From: Tubiluchus corallicola
Lineage: Eukaryota; Animalia; Priapulida
Assembly: GCA_030141605.1 (NCBI GenBank)
Contig: JAQGDQ010000155.1
Location: 372,001 to 436,000, forward strand
DNA: 64,000 nucleotides
Direction of reading: 5' to 3'
A model generated the notes under the pieces. It was not told the origin of the DNA. It ran no database searches and saw only the letters and a list, made by a program, of their open reading frames with translations. Numbering within the stretch: position 1 is the stretch's first letter; each line of letters begins with the position of its first letter. Positions 51,411 through 64,000 of this stretch are shown here, one piece after another. The translations under genes were made by a program, and so were the position numbers.

Positions 51411-53442
51411 GTAGTGCAACCTATTTTTTTCTATTTGAAGTATCTCATCAATAAAGCAGTTCTAATACTGGTTGACGATAAATTTGGTACAGCTAAACAT
51501 TTTATTAATGTGCAGGCTATTTAAAAAGTAGGCCTAATCGTAAACTTTAACAAATGGGACTACTGGAAGGAAATTTGTGATGTTGCTTTCTTAATAATTT
51601 TTAACACTTTGGCAAAGATTTGAACTGAAACAGACATTAGGTAAATCCAATTACGTGCTTTTGAATTTTGAAGGCAAAACAAAGTTGTACGTTATTAATG
51701 ACGTAATAATTTCTATTCAATATTAAATTTATTTGTATCCCACTCTATCGAAAGCATACAGCATTAGCAAAGTACACACTAACAACAATTAGGCTATTAT
51801 TATTAATTTAATAACACATTACAACATAAGTAATGTACTTTTAACAAATACATTGTAGTAATACAAAAGTAACAACGTTTTAAAAACTTGTAAATCTAGC
51901 ACTGTAATCACTATCGAGTAAAACTAACTGGTGATTCAAAGACATTTAACAATGACAGTGAATTTAGATTTTTGACTGATGGTGAAAATTTCTACATGTT
52001 TGCAGATACGTAAAAAGAAGTCCCAAAGCAGTTGCGATTTAAAACAAGGAACATTTTCTTAAATTAGCACATAAATTTACACACAAGGTTATTCATAACT
52101 TCACACAATTTTCTTAACTTACACCAACAATTTTATCAGAACTATATCGTTGCAAAATTAGATTTGAAATGCAATGTCAAATGAAATGCCCGAGTCGCCA
52201 GCTAGATTCACACGAGGAAAAATATTATATCAAATAACGATGACACTTGGTAAGAACATAGTGTTTACATGAATCACAAACCTGATATCCACTTGATTGC
52301 AAGAGCCTCACATGGCAAAAAACTATAGGGTTGCCACTTTAAAAAACAATACTTCACATCATCAATATTGACAAGTTTCTTCATTACACAGTGTTAAGAA
52401 ATTAAACGCATATTATTTAACCCTTTCATGCGCCATTACATATTTGCTCCAGCGTTATGTTCAGGTATTTTCACCACCATGGCAAAATGCTGCAGTTGAG
52501 CATTTTTAAACAAAATATTTGCTTCTTTACACCAAAAAGTCAAGTGGCTTCTATCATGAGTCTTTTACCAAGCTCTGTTTCAAAGACTGTTGAAAATCCG
52601 GCATCCAACCATATTGAACGTCTGCAATTAACATTTGATATCTCAATAGTTACTTGTAAAGCACTACCAGCACAAGAAAATTCTCTTAAATAAACTTAAA
52701 AAATTCGTCTTGAAGTTTTGTATCACATATATGCTGTCTTATTACATACAGAGCTTGCGTTATCAGTAGCGCTGTATAAAACTTTTAAATTCAAACTCCC
52801 GGTATAAGTTCAAGTAACACTGCGTGAATTTGAAAAAAAATAATCAGAGCATTCGTAGTATACTGCTCGCTAACTAAGCAAAAATTTAAATTACTTTGAA
52901 TTGTCAAAAATATCAATAATATACTTTTGGTGAGTCACTGATGCACGCTGAGATGGCAATTCAGTACCATTTGTAGTTTGAACCCTTTACAAAAACACGT
53001 GATGTAAGTGTGACGTCACGCAAATATTTAAGAGTCAGTTAGACACCCAATCCGGTGATCATTATCCTATATGTTACTCTTACTAGTTTTCTTTAATAAA
53101 CCGCATTGTTAGTAGTTATACCGACATCAGGATGTACGATCTAAATAATAATAGCGTCACATTATTCTTTTGAATAATTTCTACCAAGAACAAAACAACG
53201 TGATTTCTTGTCCGCTTCGAATTGAAGGATTTGACTAGATTTTTATCAAAATGCCACTAATGCAATTGCTAGCGAAAAGGACTACTAGATCTGGCCAATG
53301 GCAATCAATGTAAAATCTTACACTGTATGCGAACTAACACAACACAACCCAATAGACAATTTGCTGCAAAATAAGAAAACATTAGTATGAAGTCTTAAGT
53401 TTGTTCTTAGAAACTCACCATGATACAGCATTGCATTCCACA

Positions 53443-56400
53443 TCATACATGGATTATTTGCGCAGGCGCATTGTGCACCATTTTTGGTTTAATACCGTTG
53501 TTTTTCATGTAGGCAAGAAACTGATCTGGAAGCTCCCATAATAAGTCCTTTGCTAACTGCGCCTGGCTAAGGTCCAGATTATGACCACCGGCATAATAGT
53601 CTTTGAATGTAACAAACTGAAAATGAAATTAGTTTAGAATGCAAACTTAAAGTATATTTAAACGACAAGAAAACGTTTAGCTTATATAAAGCTAAAAAAT
53701 CGTCTTGAAATTTTGTATCATCCACGTATTGCGCACAGACCTTGTATTAATAGCAACGCTGTATAAAACTTGTAAATTTAAACTTCCTCGGTTACCGTTG
53801 GGCGCTGCCATTTGAGCAGTAAGTTGTTTGAAACAAATTTAGATAACATTGAATAAAACATTAAAAAAATAATCAAGGCATTCGTAGCACATTCTTCACT
53901 AACTAAGCAAGATTTTAAATTATTTTATCTTGTCAATAAGATTAAAAATAATTTTTGGTGAGTATGTGGCGCACCCTGGGATGGTGAGTCAGTGACATTT
54001 TACCAGGTGGTGCGAACATGCTAAATTATTAGGAATCTTCTTTTCTAGTCATATAAATCTTTCAAACAGGTAAGCGTAAGTGGTAAGTAATATAACTTTG
54101 TTTGAGAAGTTTTTTTGGGACGTACTTGCCAAGTCCAGTTGTCTTCTGCTATAAATGAATAGTATTCAAGTCATATTTATTTTAAGTAAAAACTCCTGGT
54201 TTTATAGGTAGTTGAACTGCAGTGGCATACTCAACACATTCACACAATCCTAGTAAAACGAGAATCGGGATCAATTAACTTTTATTTTTTATACAAATCG
54301 CCAGCATCCAAATTGGGATCCATAATCATTGACAAAGTCAGATGGCTGCGGCAGGACCAGTACAAATCTTATTATTAAGGGAAGGCCTACTCCTCCAAAA
54401 TAAGACGCTAATAACGGGCGGGGTATCTTAGCAACATTTGAATGTCGATAAATCATGAATGAAGTAAATAACCAGAACGTTATGATGAACACACCTGTCA
54501 AGCACACGTATGGACCTAACGTCACCGATCCATCCACTGATCAGGCTCGGTGCTGCTTAACTTTGGCACAATCACACACTAGCTACATGATTATTCATCT
54601 TAGACCAATATCGCTTAAAAACAATCTCTTGTCCACCCCGGAGAATACTTTGTGTATTTCTATTAAAATGTCGCTTAATAGCACCAGGACCCAAGTAATA
54701 TTAACGTACAGGTTGCAAATTTCATCTTACCTGACACATATCACGCTGTGTCGCAAGTCTGGTATTGTCCGAGTCAAATTCTTCCATACCTGAATTATTA
54801 AAAATGTATGTAAGATAGAATGTATGTAAACATGTATATATTTATAAGTATATGCAAGTACTTGCATAGCTGTATTTAGTTTTTGCTGGATTACTGCTGC
54901 GTTTCTTTTATTTTAGAATTTCTGCCAGTCCAATGTCTATAGTTAACGTAAATAAGGTATGATAATGATAATGATAATGATAACATATGTCGCCTAGGAA
55001 TGGGTATGCTCTTTCTCATCTCCACAGATAAGCCAGGAGAAAAACTGGGTCATAAGAAGGATTTCTGCACTTAGGAGTGTTCAGGGTAAAACACTCTGTA
55101 CAGTACCCTAAAACACGAGTACCGTCCTGGCGTTAGCAACCTGAGACGATGCTGAGAAATCATGTTCTATTACAATGACATGAAAAGAGACTTAATTTAG
55201 AAACAAAAACCGCAGGTTTGATCTCAATCCCAACGAAATTAACAATATGATTTTGTTACTTACAAAATACAATGTTTCAACTGATATTACAAAGTAGATA
55301 ACATTGCAGTTTGTCTATTCTTATCAGGGGCCTAGTGACATTAATGACACAGAGACATTCGTTTTATAGATTTTTATTTTTTACTTCTGCTGATTGTATA
55401 TGCCTTTCAAATTGAAAAAATACACAAAATAGCCAATTTAAAAAGAAGTACAGTACATGTGTAGGCCTATATGCAATTTATGGGCAGAACTGTGATGCAC
55501 CACAAGGATCCACCTTAGGACTACCATTTTTTCTTATTTACATTATTGTTTTACTTTTTCGTGCTGACTTCAATGCATGTCTTTTTGCTGACGAGTAGCT
55601 TGTTCCTTGCGTCCATTCTCTTTATTTACAAGTTTATTTAATCTATTTATTTATTCTTTGTAGTTCCTGAAGTCCCAATATGGTAGTAGGTGTCTGGCAA
55701 CGGGTGAAGCCCAAAGACTCATTTTGAATACTGCCATATTTGGTTGATTTATGGCCACATTCGGTTCTGACTAACTGAATGAACTTTCATGTCCCCTTCC
55801 CACACTGCTGATTGTTTGCCGTTGCAATTAGATTGTCACTAATCTCCTGGGACTTATTATCATATATTAAAACTGGTACATTATAATAAAATATACTTAT
55901 ATGTATGCTGTAATACAGTACAATACTTTATATAACATGTATATGATATAGATACTCTTGCCTGAAATGAATGGACATGTTCATAAAGACAAGGATTACA
56001 GAATTAAAAGTTCAAATAGGAAAAAATATTTGTTAAACTCGGGCACCATAAACACTAACTAAAGAGAAATCTTTTTCAGCAGTTTTAACAACTTAATTGC
56101 TTTTTCGAACTGTAGTACAAGTGGTATGAAAAAAAATCAAGTTTTTACAATTTATTACAATTTTCAATGTAAATCATAGTTTTAAGATACAAACAAACAC
56201 GATACAATAAGTTACTGCTACTCATATAGGAAATAAATATAAAGTGCCAAACGTGCTCGAGCTTCAACAACATTTATGATTTTCGAATATGCAAATATTA
56301 AATCAGTTTTTGCAAAAAAATCTAGGAACGTGCAAATCTCAAACCCGTAGACAGTACGCTGTCGTTTTAATCTGGAAGAAAATAAATTGCACGCTTCACA

Positions 56401-59400
56401 ACAACGTAATTCATTTATCATAAATCCTCCAGTTATTAAGACTTTGCATCGAATGTATCTGGTATTAGTCTTAATTGTTTAGGAATTCTATCGTTAAATT
56501 TTAAGTAAATAATACGAAAACCACCAAAATTTGCAGAATCTCTGCCTGACAAGAATTAAGCCAGCTTACGCCAGAGTGCAAAATAACGTTTTGTCGTGCA
56601 AACCATAGACCATTATTTGGCAGAAGCGAAATAAAAAGATATAATAAACTATTGTGTTATTTACACTTAGAAAATCATGCAAAAAATTCATGCAAAATTA
56701 AAAGAAAATTGGAATTTACATTTCTATAGGAAAACGCTGCTAGTTTCTTAATTATCTAAGGGTAATTTAAACATTTTTAATTTATATCTGTAGTCCACAA
56801 TATAACAATTCCGCTTAGGTCAATTTTCTTAACAAATATTAGGAATTGACGTAATATTGAAAAGCGTAGACCACTTTATGATCACGCATGAATACGGTTC
56901 ATTTACATTTGTTCAATTTTCTATCATTTGACAAAGGCGCAATAGGCCACAATAATATAACCATTTCTATGTGTAAATCTTTTAGAACATTCTTTATGTG
57001 CACAGCTGCATAGTCAATTATCAAATTGAAAACTTGCTTGCGCAGTCAGTAACATTTGAGTGACATATTTACATGTTTTGGATAGGCGTATTCGAACAAT
57101 GTTACACCTAATTCAACGCTGAACACCTAATGATGCTGAACATTTGACACTTCTTTCTCATTTAACGACGCATGTTTCATTTTAACAACGATTTTTTTAC
57201 TTTGCTGATAGCCAATTTTCATCTATCAACAAACTTTTTACTTAATTTGAAGCATTAAAACGGCACACATTGCATTGCTCTGTTTTAAAACTGCATCAAT
57301 AACACAAACAGTGCAATTGTTACACATGTTTTAGCTTCCCGACTGACTACTATACTTGCAGCCCCGCCTTCAAGCGAGATCTGTGAACAAACTTTGTGTG
57401 AAGGAATTCTACCTGCAACCTGTTCCCATAGCAACCAGACTACGTAGTAAATGATGCAGCGTTTATTGTTACCAATGTGAGTTACCAATTATTAAATCAT
57501 TCTTTTCCTAACTTCCACACATTCTTTCAAAACTTGGAGTGCCTATTATAACAACGATTTTCAACATGCCTCATAAATCGGTTGGTTTTGACTCTGTAGT
57601 GTTTATTGTTTATTGGCTGCCTAGGCTTAAACATTAATGTAAGAGAAACTGCTTGCTAGGTACGTATTGGTAAGAAAAATAGGTGGTTTCAAGCAAGCAG
57701 AAGGAAATTAATTGGTAGAAACCATAAAGAAACTCACAAAAAGCTTAATTTATATGATTTAAACAGCATTACTTTTTTCTCTGGAACGTATCTCAATTCT
57801 TTTACATTACTTTCAATGGAAGATTTGGTTTCATTTAACGACGTTTCGCTTAACGTCGAGTTTGGCTGGAATGCATTAGCATCGTTAAGTGAGGACTTAC
57901 TGTAATAAAGTTGTGCTTGAGCTGCAATTATATGTAGTCTTACAAAATAAATATTTTTAAAGCAAGACATGCTAAAAAAGATTTGAGTTCAAGGACATAA
58001 ATTATCTTTTTTAATATAGCAATCTCAGAAATTTTTAACAAAAATGTAAGAAAATGTCAGCACCAAATTATTATATTAAGTGACAAAAATCAAGTTAAAA
58101 CTGGTGCATTCATAACAAAATCATTATAAAGATTATAAATGTAAAAAATTCAAAAGTATTTCAAAATTTTGAATGGTTACCTTCCCCCTTTTGTTTAGCT
58201 ATAGCTTTTAGTCCTACAATCAGAACGAAATGTTAGTTATGCGCATGTGCAAACTACAACAGCAGTTACTATAGACATTATTACATAGTTACAACCATAA
58301 TATAAATATGTATGGTTACAACCATAAGCTGCTGCTACCGTGACATCTACCAAACGAATGGAGAAGTTGGCAGCTGGAACACCCTATTCTGGCACAGTTT
58401 AGCTAGAATATTCAAACCTGATGTGCATTTTTATGAAAGCACCAATTTTGGGACACAGATATCATAATACATTAAGAATAAATTTGGACATTGGGCATCA
58501 TATAACTGCCCTCTGGCAACCGTGGTAACCATGCTAACTGTAGTAACCATTTTCCAAAATTCCTAGTTAGGTATGCCACTTTCTTAATCCTCGATGGCCT
58601 AACATCTTAATTTATGTGAAATATTGCATTAAGCTACCTCTGTGACAAAATTGATGGTTTTGTCAAAAAGGCACAATAGGTTAGCTTAACTGTCCCATTA
58701 CTAATGTTACAGGTAACAAAGATTGTGCAGAACGTTTTCCTTGACACATATACGTCTAACTACTATGTACCAAACATGCTCAGACTATCGTAAGTCACAT
58801 TTCCAAGATTAGTTCACTTCTATCAGCTTCTTATATGTGCAAAACACTGAATATAGCTTTGGGGAAGACCTGGACAGACACAATGAAACGTTAAGAAACA
58901 TGTTGAGATAATATGTTTTCTAACTATATGCTGCAATAGCACAAAACTGCACAATGCACAATCACCTACCTTAACACCCTCTTTTGCTACAAACTTAGCA
59001 GGAGATTTTATAATTTTTATTTGATAATACATAATACATAAATTAAAGTTACACCCAACTGTGAAACATTAAAATTCTACTCTCGTTCACTCACCTGTGA
59101 AATCAGCTTCACCTATCCCCACAATTAAGATTGAGACTGGTAGGGCTGAAGCCTATAATGTAAAAAATATTATTCTTGTACCTACAACATTTTTATATAG
59201 TATAAACAAACATACCAGTGTAGCTCACGGCTGTCGTAACGCATGGTCACACTGTGCAGTTGTTTGAGGGCCCCACGAGCATAGCCGCCACCATGCAGGG
59301 TCGTCTTAACGCATAGTCACACTGCGCAGTAACTCGGGGGCCAGAAGAGCATAGTGGTCCCATGCAGGGTCGTCTTAACACATAATCACACTGCGCAGTT

Positions 59401-61761
59401 GCTCAGGGGCCCCACGAGCATAGTGGTCCCATGCAGGGCTGTCGTAACACATGGTCACACTGCGCAGTTGTTTGAGGGCCCCACGAGCATAGCCGCCCCC
59501 ATGCTGGGTCGTCTTAACGCATAGTCACACTGTGCAGTAACTTCGGGGACCAGAAGGGCATAGTGGTCCATGCAGGGTCGTCTTAACACATGATCACACT
59601 GCGCAGTACTCAAGGGCCCCACGAGCATAGTGGTCCCATGCAGGGTCGTCTTAACACATGATCACACTGCGCAGTTGCTCAGGGGCCCCACGAGCATAGT
59701 GGTCCCATGCAGGGTCGTCTTAACACATGATAGCACGGCGCAGTTGCTCTGGGGCTCCATGAGCATAGCGGTCCCTTGCTGGGCAATCTTAATGCATGGT
59801 CACACGTTCGAACGTCTGTGTTGATTAATCTGCAGTACAGCACGTTTTTCAATGTCTAAACACTGATTTTGTCCGAAGTACTAAGTCAGTAAATATTATA
59901 ATTATGTTTAAATTTATCAACCATTTACATTTTTATTCCTGTGATGAGATATGTAGGTAAGGGCCCAATGCACTGCTTTGCTCCGGGCACATTATGCAGC
60001 AGCCCTGGTGTAACTTGGCATTATAATTTTAACAACCCAACAGCATTACTTATCACAAAGCTGTGGCAAGGTTTATAAATCAGCACCAACTTTGTTACAG
60101 GTTTATAAATCAGCACCAACTTTGTTGTAGGTTCATAAATCAGCACCAGCTTTGTTACAGGTTTATAAATCAGCACCAACTTTGTTATAGGTTTATAAAT
60201 CAGCACCAATTTTGTTATAGGTTTATAAATCAGCACCAATTTTGTTGTAGATTCATAAATTAGCACCAACTTTGTTACAGGTTTATAAATCAGCACCAAC
60301 TTTGTTACAGGTTAATAAATCAGCACCAATTTTGTTATAGGTTTATAAATCAGCACCAATTTTGTTGTAGGTTCATAAATTAGCACCAACTTTGTTACAG
60401 GTTTATAAATCAGCACTAACTTTGTTACAGGTTTATAAATCAGCACCAATTTTGTTGTAGGTTCATAAATCAGCACCAACTTTGTTATAGGTTTATAAGT
60501 CAGCACCAATTTTGTTATAGGTTTATAAATCAGCACCAATTTTGTTGTAGGTTCATAAATTAGCACCAACTTTGTTACAGGTTTATAAATCAGCACCAAC
60601 TTTGTTACAGGTTAATAAATCAGCACCAATTTTGTTATAGGTTTATAAATCAGCACCAATTTTGTTGTAGGTTCATAAATTAGCACCAACTTTGTTACAG
60701 GTTTATAAATCAGCACTAACTTTGTTACAGGTTTATAAATCAGCACCAATTTTGTTGTAGGTTCATAAATCAGCACCAACTTTGTTACAGGTTTATAAAT
60801 CAGCACCAACTTTGCTATATGTTTATAAATCAGCACCAACTTTGTTATAGGTTTATAAATCAGCACCAACTTTGTTACAGGTTTATAAATCAGCACCAAC
60901 TTTGTTACAGGTTTATAAATCAGCACCAACTTTGTTGTAGGTTCATAAATTAGCACCAACTTTGTTACAGGTTTATAAATCAGCACCAACTTTGCTATAT
61001 GTTTATAAATCAGCACCAACTTTGTTATAGGTTTATAAATCAGCACCAACTTTGTTACAGGTTTATAAATCAGCACCAACTTTGTTACAGGTTTATAAAT
61101 CAGCACCAATTTTGTTGTAGGTTCATAAATTAGCACCAACTTTGTTACAGGTTTATAAATCAGCACCAACTTTGCTATATGTTTATAAATCAGCACCAAC
61201 TTTGCTATATGTTTATAAATCAGCACCAACTTTGTTACAGGTTTATAAATCAGCACCAATTTTGTTGTAGGTTCATAAATCAGCACCAACTTTGTTGTAG
61301 GTTTATAAATCAGCAACAACATTTTTGTTTAATTAATTCATAACAAACACTATTGCTAAAAATTTCGCGGTTTATACAGACCTTAATTTTTGTAATTTTG
61401 CATAATAGTCTTAGTTGGCTTTCCTACCTTATACGTAGAATTACCATTTGCTTATAAACGCAGTATTTATAAAATATTAGACTTGTCATAGTGTATGTAC
61501 AAGAATTAACAGACTACTGTGAATTTTGAAGAAACCTATTTGTGTTTTTAATTATGTTGGTTATCTTACTTGAATAATGGCTTGCTTTGTTTGTGGCATG
61601 TCAGTAACAACGCCATCTGTCAGAAGCAAAAGCACATAGTATGTATCTTTTACCTCAGATGCATACCTAGAAAAAATGAATATATGTGTACACATGTTTA
61701 TATCTTTATTATGTGTTTGCATGTGTGTGTGTCTGTTATCTCCCTCCTTTCTCTCTCTCTC

Positions 61762-61809
<48 letters not shown>

Positions 61810-61839
61810 CTGTCACTCTTTCCCTCTCTCTCTCTCTTC

Positions 61840-61900
<61 letters not shown>

Positions 61901-61933
61901 CCCTCTCTCTCGCTCTCTCTCCCTCTCTCTCCT

Positions 61934-61964
<31 letters not shown>

Positions 61965-63796
61965 GTCACTCTTTCTCTCTCTTCTCTCTCTCTCTCTCTC
62001 TTCCTCTCTCTCTCTCTCTCTACCCCCTTTCTCTCGCTCTCCCGCTCTTACTCTGTTTCACTCTTCATTACTTTTTTTGTGTTTCTATTTCCCTTTTCCT
62101 GTTATTCCAAAATTAATCAGGCCAGATTAACATAAGAAGCAAATCACAAGTCACAGAGTTTGATATTGGCTAAAAATAATGTTTGAAGAATATCTACGCA
62201 AAGTAAAAGAAACAAGATTGAATATTCATTTTCAGTGCGCATGCTCAGGAATCTCAAAAGATTATACTAGAGAGACAATGGCAAAACATATTTTACGTTA
62301 CAACCGTTAAACATTTTTAAAATGACAGAAGATGACAGCAGAGGTATTAGTTTCTACTCACTTGGCAACTTTATTGATGATTGGTGCAAAATTTGTTGGC
62401 CCAAACAATGTAACTCGATGCAGCGACCTCTGGTATGCATCTATCACTCCTTCTAATCCATGACAAAATGGATCTTTTTCATTTCCATTCTGTGGGTAAA
62501 GTAACGAGAAAGTGAAGATTCATCAAAATGGTTTGCATTTGACAACAATAAGCTAGTTGTATGTACATCAAACTCCATGCAGAAACTCAGACACTGCACG
62601 CAATGTAATGATAGCTGTTTCATCTCTAGTTGTTCCAGTGGCCGCTCGTGTATAGGTACTGTGGAGAGGGGAACAGGCCTACTGGGAACAGGCCTACAGT
62701 AGTAGCTAGTAAGGCACAACTTTCTAGGTTAGGAACCACAGTTGTTTTTATTAAAATAGTATTACATGTATCTGTTTCATCCTATCAAAAGTTCATGTCT
62801 ATAAGTTACAGATTATTTTTACTTTATTATCCGTGAGCGCTAGCGTCCCCGTCACAGTGGCAGCTCATGCATAGGAACTGCAGCCCCCATATATTCACTC
62901 AATATTATCGATAATATTCAATATATGTACTGCAGCACCCCCTATTTCCACTCAGTATTATCGATAATATTCAATGTAATAAGTCCTTTTTCTTTAGTTC
63001 TTTCTCTATATTTGAACGGAACCAGAACACGTGAGGGTAGTACTGTTTACTTCACAGCCTAGAACACAGGTGTGCTTGACAGCTCCAGCAATGTGGTGAT
63101 TGTCTGTTGTGCGCATGCGGCCATGCGCACATGTCTGGGTTATTGTGTCCAAGACTGAGATAAGACGCTGCACGCTAGGTAGAGAAAGGAGTGTTGATCA
63201 AGGAAAAAATTATTAATCTTTTCTATTATCAAAGTAAAACAAGAAGAATGGATTTTGTTCTTAAATAAATGGATCAATTTAAGCTTAAATTAACTTGAAA
63301 AATTAATTAAATAGATTTATTTAACTTGAAAACTGTAACAATTTAGACTGTAAGTGAGTATATAAAATTTTCGTTTAGGATTTCATAAAATTTGTGTATA
63401 AATTTTCTTTTTATATGTTTGTTTTGTTTTACACGATATTAAAACAATTACTAAATTTTCTGAAGCAGCGCCCCCACTAATTTTAGCTACGAGCTGCAAC
63501 TGAGTTGTACACTAAAAAGTTACAAATTATTATTATTAGAGGAATTACTGTACTGTCTCGAATTCACACAAGCACACATTGCGTAGGACATTTTCACACG
63601 TATTTATCATTATTTTAAAGAGAAAAAAGAGAATTTTGAAGTATATCCCAAAGAAACTTCCATACTTTTTTTTGCTTCGTAAAGAGTGTGTTCTTGTGTT
63701 TAAACGTTTGTCATACTTACCAATGGGAAGTCGTGAAGAGCTTTGTTTTCTGGGGGCGTCCGTGCACCATAACCAAATGCAAGAACTTGTTTATCT
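53443..63796 (-). CDS. CPNE: Copine, C-terminal VWA/copine domain; six 3' coding exons, 5' part outside the window
   Basis: Exons 63796-63721, 62489-62362, 61666-61570, 59152-59095, 54789-54731, 53616-53443, phases consistent. Motifs AFGYGA..PP..HDFPLNGN..PFC.G..GVIDAY; FGPTNFAPIIN; YYVLLLLTDG..TDM; LPVSILIVGIG.ADF; RDMCQFV; LAKDLL.ELPDQFLAYM...GIKP. Confidence 0.95.
57100..57902 (+). mobile_element. Tigger/pogo-like MITE family D copy
   Basis: Colinear with 32058-32720; intact right TIR followed by TA. Confidence 0.8.
59225..59805. repeat. GC-rich 69-bp minisatellite, ~8.5 copies
   Basis: Unit CATGCAGGGTCGTCTTAACACATGATCACACTGCGCAGTTGCTCAGGGGCCCCACGAGCATAGTGGTCC. Confidence 0.95.
60068..61320. 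repeat. 30-bp minisatellite, ~42 copies, in a copine intron
   Basis: Unit GTTTATAAATCAGCACCAACTTTGTTACAG, head-to-tail with no spacers. Confidence 0.97.
61741..62045. repeat. (CT)-rich microsatellite
   Basis: Directly visible. Confidence 0.95.
62855..63502. mobile_element. hAT-like MITE
   Basis: Termini CAGTGGCAGCTC / GAGCTGCAACTG, with subterminal GCAGC(A/G)CCCC repeats. Confidence 0.55.
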
Positions 63797-64000
63797 CTGA
63801 AAGAATTGCAAAAGAAAATTAATATTACAGAATACAGATAGCTATAATTTACGAGTTGCATAGATCATGTATGAATTAAAGAACAAGAAAAGGATTTCGT
63901 GAAGTAGGTTTCAAAAATCACCTTAAAAATTACAGCATTTTTATGCGTATATCATACTCGCATTAAAAGGAACTTTTGTTTTTCTTCATTTTAAATCTGC

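Noticed and set aside
60068-61320. CRISPR array, or repeat protein from the long minus-strand ORFs
   Set aside because: No unique spacers, eukaryotic context, lies in a copine intron; the open frames are a by-product of the 30-bp unit.

Overview
AT-rich, repeat-dense eukaryotic genomic DNA, almost certainly animal (GT-AG introns, TTAGGG repeats, SINEs, LINE remnants, many MITEs). I reconstructed five protein-coding genes by manual splicing; the ORF track shows only parts of them. (1) A 4-exon secreted 158-aa protein with a TSP1 repeat and a CBM14-like tail (+, 5038-11743). (2) An intronless GT77-type nucleotide-diphospho-sugar transferase (+, 18448-19464). (3) A 10-exon, 539-aa cadherin-like/PC-esterase (CPED1-like) gene (-, 37703-23930). 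(4) A 3-exon HSF-DNA-binding-domain gene with a strongly altered recognition helix (+, 44241-49125). (5) The six 3' coding exons of a copine (-, 63796-53443), continuing beyond the window. The rest is a 5S-rRNA-headed SINE, tRNA SINEs, CR1/L2/RTE tails, several MITE families, palindromes with hammerhead-like cores, an interstitial telomere-like tract, minisatellites and microsatellites. I see no unambiguous new biological system. The best leads are the divergent HSF, the GT77 plus short PC-esterase pair, the 5S SINE, a satellite built from a splice donor, and the inverted-repeat-flanked telomeric tract. All family assignments come from motif recognition by eye, not database searches.
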